Shown one piece after another: positions 50,599-62,810 of a DNA stretch of 64,000 bases. This DNA comes from Aplysia californica. Lineage: Eukaryota. A model generated the notes under the pieces. The model saw only the letters and a list, made by a program, of their open reading frames with translations, was not told where the DNA came from and did no database searches. The position numbers were made by a program, and so were the translations under genes. The stretch is from positions 957,118-1,021,117 of the forward strand of contig NW_004797468.1 of assembly GCF_000002075.1 (NCBI RefSeq). The letters are read 5' to 3'. Numbering within the stretch: position 1 is the stretch's first letter; the number at the start of each line of letters is the position of its first letter.

Positions 50599-52124
50599 CT
50601 CTTTTTATGCGGGCTACGAGTATACTCCTAACAAGGACTAAGCCCGGCTCTGAGTTAACTCAGAACAGCTAGGGTTATACGGTCACGTCAAACAGCTAGT
50701 TCTGCTTGTAACTACCAAAATACGCAAATGCGGGTGCTTGCTCTGTCTGAATATTTCAATTTTACAATGAACAGCAGTTTCTTTATTTTCAATGGGTGTA
50801 GAAGCTTGAAAAATGTCTCGAAAACGCACATTCACAACCAACGAAGTACTTCAAGAAATGGCACTGGGTTGTGAGAGGGAATAAGACTAATTTGATGAGA
50901 GTGACCATTGCCGTATATTCCGTTGTGGGTGATAACGAACAGGAATTAAGCCCCGGTTACACGAAATGATAAATTGTATCAGATTCGTTGCATGAGAGAA
51001 CAGTCCATTTTATCGAACTGTGTTGTCTGTTTACACGTTCCAATCTATCGTCCAGTTTTCTTTCAATTGAGGAGATTCCTCGTCATAAAGCCACCATGTC
51101 TCTTTGCGACAACAGCAATTTGCCTGCTCTCTATGTGAAGGTTTGGAGCTCTGGACCTAATGAATGAAAGGTGAACACTACCTCTAGATCACAGAAGCTC
51201 CCCCCCCCCCTCTCAGGTACATTTTGATATAGATCTAGCGGAACAGTGTCTTTAGAAAAGGGTGGCCATACTGTAGGCCTACCGTGTTGTGTGTAGAACC
51301 GGAAGCTTTGACTTGACTGCAGATGTGCAATGCACCGAGTGACCATGATGCACAGCTTCACTATTGACGACCAACTAAATAATAAAATTGCTAAAATATA
51401 AATAATAACGCACCAAATCAGGATCACCGCAAGCAACTTTGCTTATTTTGAGATGCTGATTCCGAATATGAAATCAGTTTTTACCTGCGTAATCATTAAA
51501 AAAATTTTGAGCCCTGAGTTTAATTTTAATTCTGCGCGGCAGCAAATTTCAAAGTGAATCTGCGTCACAGCGCATCTCCCTCAAATCTGACCGTGATCGC
51601 ACGGAAAATATCAAGCAGCGCTGGATTTCTCGACCGAGTCTCCAAACTATCGTGCAATCGTCCAAATTTTGAACAATTTTGTGGTTACATCTAACGATTT
51701 ATCGTATGATCGCTAGATCGTCCTGTTTTTGTTCAATTTATCGTTACGTGTAGCTGGGCCTTTAGAGTCATCTAATAGTAATTCAGATCATGGAGAAGGG
51801 ACCAGTACTGGAATTCATGCAGTATTGATGGGTAGGGCAAGATCTGTAAATCCAAGGGGGTGTCGTGGGCACAGCAATCAGGGTCAAATTGGAGGGTGGA
51901 ATACACTTCAAACTCTACATGGTGCAATTGGTGTAATTCCTAACCACATACATTTTCAGATACTACATTTAATTTCTAACATAACTGCCAAATTTCTATA
52001 AAATCTAAGAGTAAATGTAAGAATTACAGCACTTTGAAATATACACCCTAAATTCCAACTCATATGGCGCAGTGGCCCCAGGACTGGAGCAGAGTCCGTG
52101 GGGGTACGGCCAGGATAAAAAGAG
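50599..52124. mobile_element. piggyBac-like non-autonomous element in LSM4 intron 2
   Basis: TTAA|CTCTTTTTATGCGGGC ... GCCAGGATAAAAAGAG|TTAA; TTAA target duplication. Confidence 0.7.
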
Positions 52125-52315
52125 TTAATATGCTGAAGGAACAGAAAAGCATTAGCCTAAATTTTTAAAACATAAGACTAATGCAATGACAGACATTTAT
52201 CTTTAATACTTGGATTTTCTTTAGCCAAACATGATGCAATTCTTTAAATAAATTTTAAGTAAGAATATAAGCAATTTTTGACGTGCTTTATACATTTAAA
52301 AGCAAACAAATTTAC

Positions 52316-52357
52316 CATAGGGTGGTTGACAGCTGTTCTCAGCAAGGACAGCGGTAA
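52316..52357 (-). CDS. LSM4: LSM4 exon 2 (LPLSLLRTAVNHPM)
   Basis: tttctttccacag|TTA...ATG|gtaaa; 42 nt; matches the LSM4 N-terminus LPLSLLKTAQNHPM. Confidence 0.95.
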
Positions 52358-53867
52358 CTGTGGAAAGAAACAAGACAAGGAATGATAGTCAAACAAAGCA
52401 GACCACAACAAAACAGCACACAGAAAACCAAACAGAATTTGTCCACTCCTGTGAGTTCAAAACAAAGCAAATTACATTTATTGAACTGCACTTCAAATTT
52501 TACCCAGGAACACAGAGAAAGAAATCGACTATGAAGAGAAAAGAGAAAGACAATGTCAGCACAATGAGATAGCAGGCCCCATTGACCGAAACCTGTTGAG
52601 TACACAGGTCTCATTTTTACTGTCAGTAAGGCACCTTTTGGTTTCATCTCAAATACAAATACTTAAGGTATTGCATGCGAAGTGACTATTCGGACTTGAG
52701 TCCGAATAGACAAAAATTATATTCGGACTCTGAATTGAGTCCAGCATGACGTCCGTTCCGACTTTCGACCCTTGTTCCTAAATATTTCCAGCACTTACGA
52801 AATTTTGTTCGATTATAATGATAACAATCGAGACGTGAGCTTTAACATCCAGTTACTAGATCTATCTAAACGGACCCTCCCTGCATCATTAGTATGAACA
52901 GAACAATCAAGTTCAGTTGACCCTGCCCAGTGCAAAGTTAACTATGTCGACCAATGAGACTGCGTATAGCAATCACGCACTCTCGGCTTGCTGGGGGAAG
53001 AGGTGTTGGGAAGAGGCCATGGCTGTCGATTTTGTGTGATGTGATTAACCCTCATCCTGCGGGGGCTGGGTTTATGTCACCCAATAAGCCTGTTTCGGCA
53101 CCTCGCCTTCGTTTCGATCCTATGTCAGTCTGGCCCCTGGCTCAATGCACACACGCCGAGCATCATTTCCGTTCCATTCGGGTCCCACGTCGGACCCGCA
53201 TTCACGCAGCTCAAGTGTGTGAGCGTCAGTTTGCTTGACTTTGTGTACGCATGTGGCCTTCTTCTAGAACCGCCTGCCTCGGTTCATAACCGAGGCATAC
53301 ATATCTCATTCAACACGCCAAGTTGATAGCTCTAGATGTTCGTCCAATGAAATTATAGAACAAATTGACCCACTTAGACATGACGAGCTCGAAAGTAGAA
53401 TCAGGAAACAGGACTTCCATTTTTTTAAATACAAAATCTTTCAAATGAGCTTGATTTTGTATGAAATGATACTACCTGATAAAAAATAAGCTTGATAGTT
53501 TTGAATACCATTGTGCAGGTAAAATGAACAATTTGAGTGCAAAACATTCGGAAATTGACCTATATCATCCCCTTTCAAACCCCAGATCATTCATAACAGC
53601 AAGAGCATCTAAAAAGGTTATTCGAAGAACTACTCGTAATGTCTTATCAGCTTAAGAGAGGTTATTCATGTGTTCATAAACTTTATAAAAAAAGCTATAA
53701 AAGATAGTGTTATTTTCATCATCGAATAACGCACTCCCACGGTATTCATGGCAAAAACACAAGTTTCCAGGCTCACTCGCTGTACACCAACAGTGCACGC
53801 TGAGAGAGTGACCCCGGCGCCCTGCCCAGAACGTCCGACATAATCTGTTGCTAATAAGATTTGCATC

Positions 53868-55056
53868 CAGGGTTGGTGATTTTTTTGATTTTTTAAATAA
53901 AAATTTAAAAAATCGATTTTTTAAATTTAAATCAGATTTTTAAAATTTAAATCGGATTTTTTTATTTTTTTTAATTAAATGTCGACACAGTTTGGGATTT
54001 TTGGTGGCTAAAAGTATGTTCTTTTAGTGTAGAATGCATTGTCTTTATTTTAACTAATGATTAATTTAAGCAACTGCAAAAGAAAGCCTTAATCTGCTAT
54101 TATCAGTGAATTATGGCTACAGACAAAAAATGAAGAAAATGTCAGTCTAAAACTAAAAGGAAAGGGGGGGAGGGGGGTAATTATGCATAGATAAACTTGT
54201 ATTTTATTACAGTGTGCGTGTGTGTGTGTGTGCGCGCTTGTGTTTGTCTAAAAAGAAAAAGAAAATGCTAATTTCAATTATGAAAAAAAAGTAAATTGAA
54301 TACTGTATTAATTTACTACTTACAGTGACAGGGGGGAAAGCAGACTTTTAAGCATGATTATATTAGTCTACTAAACCGTATATCTATTTTATAAAACCAA
54401 GGAAAGGAATTCTGAATGTTTAAAGACGTGAAAACAATACATTTTTTTAAAGTGATTTAAATCACTGAGGTTTATTTTTTTTAATCAAGTTGATTTAAAT
54501 TTTTAAAAATCAACTGATTTAAATCAACCCAACCCTGGTTTTCCATTATGAAAAGAAAGAAAATTGAATACTGTATTATTTTACAGTGACAGGGGGGAAA
54601 GCAGACTTTTGAGCATGATTATATTAGTCTACTATACCTTATTATATCTGTTAAATAAAACCAAGGAAAGGAATTCTGAATGTTTAAATATGTAAAAACA
54701 GAATACATTTTTAAAAAAGTGATTTAAATCACAAAATCAAGTTGATTAAAATTTTAAAAATCAACTGATTTAAATCAACCCAGCTCTGATTTCAATTATG
54801 GGGAAAAAAGTAAATTGAATACTGTATTATTTTACAGTGAAAGGGGGGAAAGCAGACTTTAAAGCATGATTATATTAGTGTACTAAACCTTATATCTGTT
54901 TTATGAAACCTAGGAAAGGAATTCTGAATGTTGAAATATGTAAAAACTGAATAAAAATAGATTTTTAAAAAAGTGAATTAAATCACTGATTTTTATTTTT
55001 AAAATCAAGTTGATTTAAATTTAAAAAATCAACTGATTTAAATCAACCCAACCCTG
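53868..55056. mobile_element. hAT-like non-autonomous element with a triplicated right end, in LSM4 intron 1
   Basis: CAGGGTTGG ... CCAACCCTG TIRs; 8-bp TSD tttgcatc/tttgcatt; ATTTAAAT-rich subterminal repeats. Confidence 0.8.
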
Positions 55057-55883
55057 TTTGCATTTCAACACAGATGCACGACAAGAGTTAGGTATATTAG
55101 AAATTAATTACAGAAAAACTATAACACACAACAAAATGTAATTAAACATGAGGAAAGACCATTTATTATGGTGGTGGAAGTGATCATGATGCTGGAGTGG
55201 TGGTGGAAAGACCCTGAGTTGTGGGTTACCGTGTACCACGGTAGACAAAATATCTAATCAGACTTGAGTCCAAATAGATTAAAAAATCTAATCGGACTCG
55301 AGTCCGAATAGAGCTGGCCATTTCAAACTAAACATTTATTTACAATTCAGTAGGCCTATGTTTTGCTGTTTGTCAGTCTAGCCATCATTATTAAGTAGCC
55401 TACAGCAAGACATGCCGTTAAACTTAGAAATGACGCATCTTTCTGATTGGCTGCTTATTTTAGTAATATGATGTCATCACTTCCTGGGATACCCAAACAT
55501 GGAACGACGTGTTTTCGGTAACATTTCGGATTTTCTAGATCTAGATCTAGAATCTACATCTAGATCTAGATATCTAGATCTAGATCTAGATTCTAGATTA
55601 GATCTAGAACTAGATTCTAGATCTAGATCTATTAGGCCTACCTGGACATGATGGAAGACCGCACGAAAATTGCCGTAAAGACGCAGGAGGACTAGATAAT
55701 ATCTAGATCTAGAAATCTAGATCTAGATATCTAAATTTAGATCTACCGCCCTCCTGCATTTTTAATCACTAATACATTTTTAAAAATAAACAACAACTTC
55801 AAAGTCAAAGCAACTCTACAAATTAGGCCTATAATTTATGGAACTGTTGGTCAGTCGGGAGGAGGAAAAGAGAAAAAAAAAAC

Positions 55884-55960
55884 TGTCCGGGACCGGAATC
55901 GAACCGCTCCAAAAGTCATTGCTCGACATCAAACGCAGACGCGCTATCAAATCAGCTATC
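55884..55960 (-). mobile_element. tRNA-like SINE head remnant
   Basis: B box GGTTCGATTCC with a weak A box; no intact cloverleaf was seen. Confidence 0.35.
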
Positions 55961-56486
55961 AGAAATTCCGAGAAATTTGTGTAGATTAAGCATAATATAC
56001 ATAGACACTTCCATCTTTGGTGCCATGCGGTTGTCTATACTTAGATGTAGTCACGTGATCGGAGGGGTATCCTGGTCTGACGTCAAACAAGATGGACGCC
56101 TTACCTAAAAATAGTTTGCATCATTTCTACTTTTAATCGCATGTTACAGCAAGCCTAGCAGTCAAGCCGCCACTAAACTAAGTACGGCTAGCCTCATTGT
56201 CAGTTTGAGATTTAAGCCTAGATCTAGATGTAGATCTAGACTCTAGATCTAGATTAGATCTTATTTAGAAGAAAGTGAAAGTAAGTCGTCAGTCGAAGCT
56301 TCATGAGTGTGACTGATGAAGGTTTGATTCAATAGTGACAATAGCGGCGGATAGCCTTAGCCTACGGGAGCAATTTATTCTCATGCTTTATGAGTCTCTG
56401 AGACATCGTAATGGTTTCCAATACATAATCTAAGATTCATATTCCATTGCACATTAAGTTTAAGACTAAAAATGAGTTAATCTCAC

Positions 56487-56489
56487 CAT
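56487..56489 (-). CDS. LSM4: LSM4 exon 1 (ATG only)
   Basis: The minus strand reads acaATG|gtgaga. An ATG-only first coding exon matches the human LSM4 structure as recalled, and it joins in phase 0 to exon 2. Confidence 0.8.
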
Positions 56490-56984
56490 TGTGTCTTTAC
56501 CCGAAGTCAATTACACTAGTAGGTTTACGATTGCTTGTCGTACCAACCGCTTCATTCATGTGTTGACAGTTTGTATTTTTGGCATAAGAATAAAGTCGTA
56601 AAATGTACCGACAATGGATGCCCAGGGGAAAAAACCCAGACTGTAATGCTTGAACAGATTTGCTTTATTTGAAATTATTTGGATCTAATGAGTCTATTTT
56701 ACTGTAAAGGTCATAATCAAATAGGTAAGCCTATGAACAGCTTCAACTAGAAATCTACCAGTTTTGCAGCTAACAGAAGTACAATTTTTAAAGTTTCAAA
56801 ACATGAACTGTGTTGTTTATTTTAAACGACACTGGCCCAACCTGAATGAGGAGGACTGCTGTGAGCGTCTTTTTCACGGAGGTAGACTAGGCTTGTTTAA
56901 ATATAAAAGAAACACAGAGATCTCATAAAGAGACTGTTGCATGGTCTCTCAAGAATTTTTCATATTTCTTTGAGTGTTATTGAA
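56490..56984. promoter_or_regulatory. Bidirectional promoter and 5' UTRs between LSM4 and the C8orf76-like gene
   Basis: Two divergent start codons (56489 on -, 56985 on +) are separated by 495 bp. Confidence 0.7.
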
Positions 56985-57089
56985 ATGGATCTTCAATTAG
57001 GTTTTGATGATGAGGATTTGGATTGTTATCGGGGGAGCTCTGAAGGCGACCGCCACCTACCATACAACGTCAAATTATGCACACCTCAA
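56985..57089 (+). CDS. C8orf76: C8orf76-like protein exon 1 (MDLQLGFDDEDL...YNVKLCTPQ)
   Basis: ATG...CAA|gtaagt; 105 nt. Resembles the recalled human C8orf76 N-terminus (FEDSVF...YCAKLCEPQ|WF). Confidence 0.85.
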
Positions 57090-57292
57090 GTAAGTTAAAG
57101 CTAAAGAACATGATAGAAGACTAGATCTAATCTAGACTCTACATCTAGAATCTAGATATAGATCTAGTCTGCACATTGATTGGAATTGAATGAAGACTTG
57201 CACATCGGAGGAAGTAAATGACTCATGACACGGCCTCTTTGAACATTATTATTATTATATTAGCCTAGCAGACCACCACTAGATTTCTAGAT

Positions 57293-57689
57293 CGAAGTGG
57301 CTATTCGGACTAGAGTCCGAACAGCCACTGAAGGCTATTCGGACTCAAATTCCAGTGCATGTGCGCAATCACCGGTTGTACCGTAAGCGAGGTCTATACT
57401 CGAGTCCGAATAGTCTCCCGTTGCTATTTGGACTTTAAACTACTGGCAGGCTATTACACACCTATTATACTGCGTTTCACGACTACAAAGGGATCAAAAC
57501 ATAAAATTCACAATCAGTCCTTATAAGACAGCCCCCCCCCTCCCCTTTCCCTCTCTCTCTCTCTCTCTNNNNNNNNNNNNNNNNNNNNNNNNNNNNNNNN
57601 NNNNNNNNNNNNNNNNNNNNNNNNNNNNNNNNNNNNNNNNNNNNNNNNNNNNNNNNNNNNNNNNNNNNNNNNNNNNNNNNNNNNNNNNN

Positions 57690-57743
<54 letters not shown>

Positions 57744-58164
57744 TTTCCTCTTTCTCTTTCTCTTACTTTTTCTTTCTCTATCTTACTTACTCAGGCCCGC
57801 CCCTCCACTTACGCTTCCTTTTTTTTTTTTCATAAATAGATCTTTCCTTCCCATACCACCATTGCCCACACTGCCCGGCCCTATTATTACATTTATCCGT
57901 TGTAAAGAAAAGACAACAGTTTGCACTGGGTCACCACGGTCGGCGCCCTTTTGTTGTAAGTTCCTTGGCCTGATCGTAGACACCGAGGAAGGCCAAGGTC
58001 AAATTGTTTTTCTGCTTCACACCTGGTACACCTAGTGATTGCGCACGCACATTGGAGTTTGTGTCCAAATAGCCACGGAAGGCTATTCGGACTCGAATTC
58101 AGACTCGAGAGTCCGATTAGCCTCCCCCGGCTGTTCGGACTGGAGTCCGAATAGCCGCGGCCTC
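57293..58164. mobile_element. Element with palindromic TATTCGGACTnGAGTCCGAATA subterminal inverted repeats (a related element lies at about 52679-55324)
   Basis: The left end gtggctattcggactagagtccgaacagcc is inverted relative to the right end ggctgttcggactggagtccgaatagccgc. Confidence 0.6.
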
Positions 58165-58625
58165 TCTAGATCTACTCCGGTAGCCTAAGTCCTAGGGAAG
58201 GGCGCGGTGGGTGAGGATAGGGTGTTAAAACACTTAACAGAAAAAGGATGGGGGGTGTAGATACGGAAATAAAATGCCACCGACATGCAGGAGGGTTCTA
58301 AAGGCACAAAAATAATAGATGTAGATGTAGAATCTAGGCTAAGCCTAGTTTGCAACAGTTTTTAATCCCCAAAAAAGTAGTTCCGGCAGGTGGTCTGCTA
58401 ATCTTCAATTTTATCAAAAAGAGAACTTTTAAGTTGACTGAGGACGGACTCTGAATTTTAAAAAAAAAAAAAAGATTTCCTCTCTCTGAATTTACATGAG
58501 TTTCCCACATAATTGAGCGTGTTTTGGGTAAGCCTAAAGGTCCCCTGCAGCCCACTTTCTTTTAAAAGTTAAAATCGTCTTTAATTTTACGAAGTGGCGT
58601 AAGGCTCCTTTATGAATAGCCTCGT

Positions 58626-60353
58626 GGCTATGTGTACGGCCCTCACATAGGCATAGCACCGAGGCTATGTGTACGGCCCTCCCATAGGCATAGCACCGAG
58701 GCTATGTGTACGGCCCTCACATAGGCATAGAATGTAGGCTATGTGTACGGCCCTCACATAGGCATAGAATGGAGGCTATGTGTACGGCCCTCACATAGGC
58801 ATAGAATGGAGGCTATGTGTACGGCCCTCACATAGGCATAGAATGGAGGCTATGTGTACGGCCCTCACATAGGCATAGAATGGAGGCTATGTGTACAACC
58901 CTCACATAGGCATAGCACCGAGGCTATGTGTACAACCCTCACATAGGCATAGCATCGAGGCTATGTGTACGGCCCTCACATAGGCATAGCACCGAGGCTA
59001 TGTGTACAACCCTCACATAGGCATAGCATCGAGGCTATGTGTACGGCCCTCACATAGGCATAGCACCGAGGCTATGTTGTACAACCCTCACATAGGCATA
59101 GCACCGAGGCTATGTTGTACAACCCTCACATAGGCATAGCACCGAGGCTATGTTGTACAACCCTCACATAGGCATAGCACCGAGGCTATGTTGTACAACC
59201 CTCACATAGGCATAGCACCGAGGCTATGTTGTACAACCCTCACATAGGCATAGCACAGAGGCTATGTGTACGGCCCTCACATAGGCATAGCACCGAGGCT
59301 ATGTGTACGGCCCTCACATAGGCATAGCACCGAGGCTATGTGTACGGCCCTCACATAGGCATAGCATCGAGGCTATGTGTACGGCCCTCACATAGGCATA
59401 GCACCGAGGCTATGTGTACGGCCCTCACATAGGCATAGCACCGAGGCTATGTGTACGGCCCTCACATAGGCATAGCATCGAGGCTATGTGTACGGCCCTC
59501 ACATAGGCATAGCACCGAGGCTATGTGTACGGCCCTCACATAGGCATAGCATCGAGGCTATGTGTACGGCCCTCACATAGGCATAGCACCGAGGCTATGT
59601 TGTACAACCCTCACATAGGCATAGCACCGAGGCTATGTGTACGGCCTTAACATAGGCATAGCACCGAGGCTATGTGTACGGCCCTCACATAGGCATAGCA
59701 TCGAGGCTATGTGTACGGCCCTCACATAGGCATAGAATGGAGGCTATGTGTACGGCCCTCACATAGGCATAGCATCGAGGCTATGTGTACGGCCCTCACA
59801 TAGGCATAGCACCGAGGCTATGTGTACAACCCTCACATAGGCATAGCATCGAGGCTATGTGTACGGCCCTCACATAGGCATAGCACCGAGGCTATGTGTA
59901 CAACCCTCACATAGGCATAGCATCGAGGCTATGTGTACGGCCCTCACATAGGCATAGCACCGAGGCTATGTGTACGGCCCTCACATAGGCATAGCACCGA
60001 GGCTATGTGTACGGCCCTCACATAGGCATAGCACCGAGGCTATGTGTACGGCCCTCACATAGGCATAGCACCGAGGCTATGTGTACGGCCCTCACATAGG
60101 CATAGCATCGAGAGCTATGTGTACGGCCCTCACATAGGCATAGCACTGAGGCTATGTGTACGGCCCTCACATAGGGCATAGAATCGAGGCTATGTGTACG
60201 GCCCTCACATAGGCATAGCATCGAGGCTATGTGTACGGCCCTCACATAGGCATAGCACCGAGGCTATGTGTACGGCCCTCACATAGGCATAGCATCGAGG
60301 CTATGTGTACGGCCCTCACATAGGCATAGCACCGAGGCTATGTGTACAACCCT
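58626..60353. repeat. 37-bp minisatellite, about 46 copies, in C8orf76-like intron 1
   Basis: Unit GGCTATGTGTACGGCCCTCACATAGGCATAGCACCGA with clustered variants. Confidence 0.95.
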
Positions 60354-60808
60354 CCACTTCACATATATTAATAAGCTAGGCTTTTTGTAGCACATAAAAT
60401 ATCAAACCAATGTGCGGACATTTAAGGTTTCACATTGGATTAAAAGGCTTAGGAACACATATTTACTTCTGGTAGCCTAACTATAATAGTTTATATATAT
60501 ATATNNNNNNNNNNNNNNNNNNNNNNNNNNNNNNNNNNNNNNNNNNNNNNNNNNNNNNNNNNNNNNNNNNNNNNNNNNNNNNNNNNNNNNNNNNNNNNNN
60601 NNNNATATATATATATCTATATAGGGGGGCTCAAGGAACTACTATTGGAGTCATCTGAAAGAGCCATAGAGTTAGATTATAGAATTATAATCCGAAGTAC
60701 ATAAATCGTAGACATTGTATGTGTATTATTTGTTTGAAACATGATATGAAGTTGTCAATAGTATAATAGGTAATAAGGTTTACCTTTTTTCCCCTCCATA
60801 TTTTCCAG

Positions 60809-60956
60809 TGGTTTGAAAACTGTGCTTCTTCTGTGTGCAATACAAGCGCACCTGCTGACCCAGAAGAGCTGCATAACACTTTAAAATTCAGTGGTGATTT
60901 TCACTATGGACAAAAGCAATTTTCCAAAGCTGCAAAGCAATATGAGGCTGTTTTAG
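60809..60956 (+). CDS. C8orf76: C8orf76-like exon 2 (WFENC...LKFSGDFHYGQKQFSKAAKQYEAVL)
   Basis: ttttccag|TGG...TTA G|gtaggc; 148 nt. Matches the WF...[20 protein letters not shown] TPR-like helix. Confidence 0.9.
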
Positions 60957-61625
60957 GTAGGCATGTCATATTCTTATAATATAATCATGTTTGTCATTTT
61001 GAGCTTGCTTTCTTTCGGAATTTACTTCTCTATACCTATTTTGCTTTTTCTGGCTCTGCTTTAGCAGAGAAACCCCAAGGCTTCTTGCCACCACCTGGAC
61101 ATTTCTGAATATTATATAATACACTTTGCATTTTTTTTTGGGCTATTGCTATTTAATTCTAAACTTGAAACAACTTTATTACAGATTTTTAAAATTTCAA
61201 GTCCAGAGAAGATTAAAACTTTTCATGATGAGATTGTCACAGATTGAAACTAATTGCTGGAATTTTTTACAGAGGTGGTAGCACTTACACGAAGATTCAG
61301 TACCTAAAAAGTAACATTTTGTAAAACTGAAAATTTTGACCATTTGGGTCAGCTGTTTTTGCAGCAGAAGACATATTCTATAAAATAAAAACTTTCTGGT
61401 CTATAATTAATTTGGTACAAATGTCTTTTTTTTAGAGAGATTGGAATTTCCACCACTCCCTCAAAAAAAGAGGAGTAAAAAAATTATTTAAATCTTATTT
61501 CACATTTTTTAAACTTAAATACTGATTTTGTAGAATTCTGTTTGACTCATTTTATACAATTACCAAATGTTCTTGGAATATAATTCTTTGAGTCATATTC
61601 CTTGGGTTCTATATCTATGTTCCAG

Positions 61626-61738
61626 ATGTACTCCCAGAATCCAATGTTTCAGTCGCGCAGGATGTGAGAGAGTCACTGTGCCGATGCTATTCACACTGTG
61701 GGAGGCATGAAGAAAGTCTAAACCTTGCAAAACAGTTG
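61626..61738 (+). CDS. C8orf76: C8orf76-like exon 3 (DVLPESNVSVAQDVRESLCRCYSHCGRHEESLNLAKQL)
   Basis: ttccag|AT...TTG|gtaagt; 113 nt. Matches [24 protein letters not shown]. Confidence 0.9.
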
Positions 61739-62274
61739 GTAAGTTTAAATAAGAAGATGAGTCAAGAGCGACTGTTGTGTAATATTATATTGTACTGTTA
61801 CACTCTTTGTTCGTTGCTTCACTTTGTACTTTTATAAAATTATAAGCTTCACTGATCCTGTTGTTATCAAGATAACTAGTTTCAAAAATCTTGCATTGCA
61901 CGGTCAAATCTTGTTGTACCGTCCCCAGTTCTACTGCCAGCCCCCGCTTACCGCCAGGTTTGGCCAAAGTACATAAAGGAACATCTATATAGACATAGTA
62001 TTTATGCCTTCACACCCCCATCCACCAACTGTCTGAGTTGTACAATCCTTATTAAACGAATGTAAATTTGCCTGCTCTACCGCCAGTGAAATGGCTGCCA
62101 GAGGCACACACGGAGCACGGCGCCCACACAGTGGCTGCTTTTGATAGTCTTTCAAAAACATATCTTCCAAACTTTTTCCTTTGATTTGCGCTGATTATGA
62201 AATGCCCAAGGACTGACAAGTATCAGGTTTTTTAAAAAACCTACCGCTACAGGGTCCTTGACACATACAGCCCA

Positions 62275-62384
62275 GCTTCTGATCCTTGCTTCTGATCCTT
62301 GCTTCTGATCCTTGCTTCTGATCCTTGCTTCTGATCCTTGCTTCTGATCCTGGCTTCTGATCCTGGCTTCTGATCCTGGCTTCT
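62275..62384. repeat. 13-bp tandem repeat (CTTCTGATCCT(T/G)G), about 8 copies
   Basis: Read directly. Confidence 0.9.
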
Positions 62385-62719
62385 TTTCATTTGAATTCAC
62401 TTAATTAAAGTTTAGTTAGAGCTGTACATGTAATTGGTTGTTTACTTATTTTTTCCCTGTGCATGGCAATCGTGCAAGACAGATGTAGATGATGCAAGAC
62501 TGGCTACAGTTTATCTCTAGTTTCTACCAGTTTACCACTAGTCAAGACGGCAATTGATGGTATCCTGTTAAAGCACCTACTCCCCTGTACCGCCAACTTT
62601 AGGCTCATCCCATGGTAGGCGATATAACGAGCTTTGGCTGTATGCAGCAATTGATTGTTTAACTCAGATTTGGATTTTCCTTCTCACGCACACTGTTCTT
62701 GACATCTCTTCTGTTACAG

Positions 62720-62810
62720 GTGTCAGAACTGGCAACTGAGGATATTGCTAGACAGAGGCAGAGTTTGATACTTTATTCTTCAGTGTGTGAGATGAGTGGG
62801 AGATGGGCAG
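62720..62810 (+). CDS. C8orf76: C8orf76-like exon 4 (VSELATEDIARQRQSLILYSSVCEMSGRWA)
   Basis: ctgttacag|GTG...GCA G|gtacc; 91 nt; phases agree with both neighbouring exons. Confidence 0.8.
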
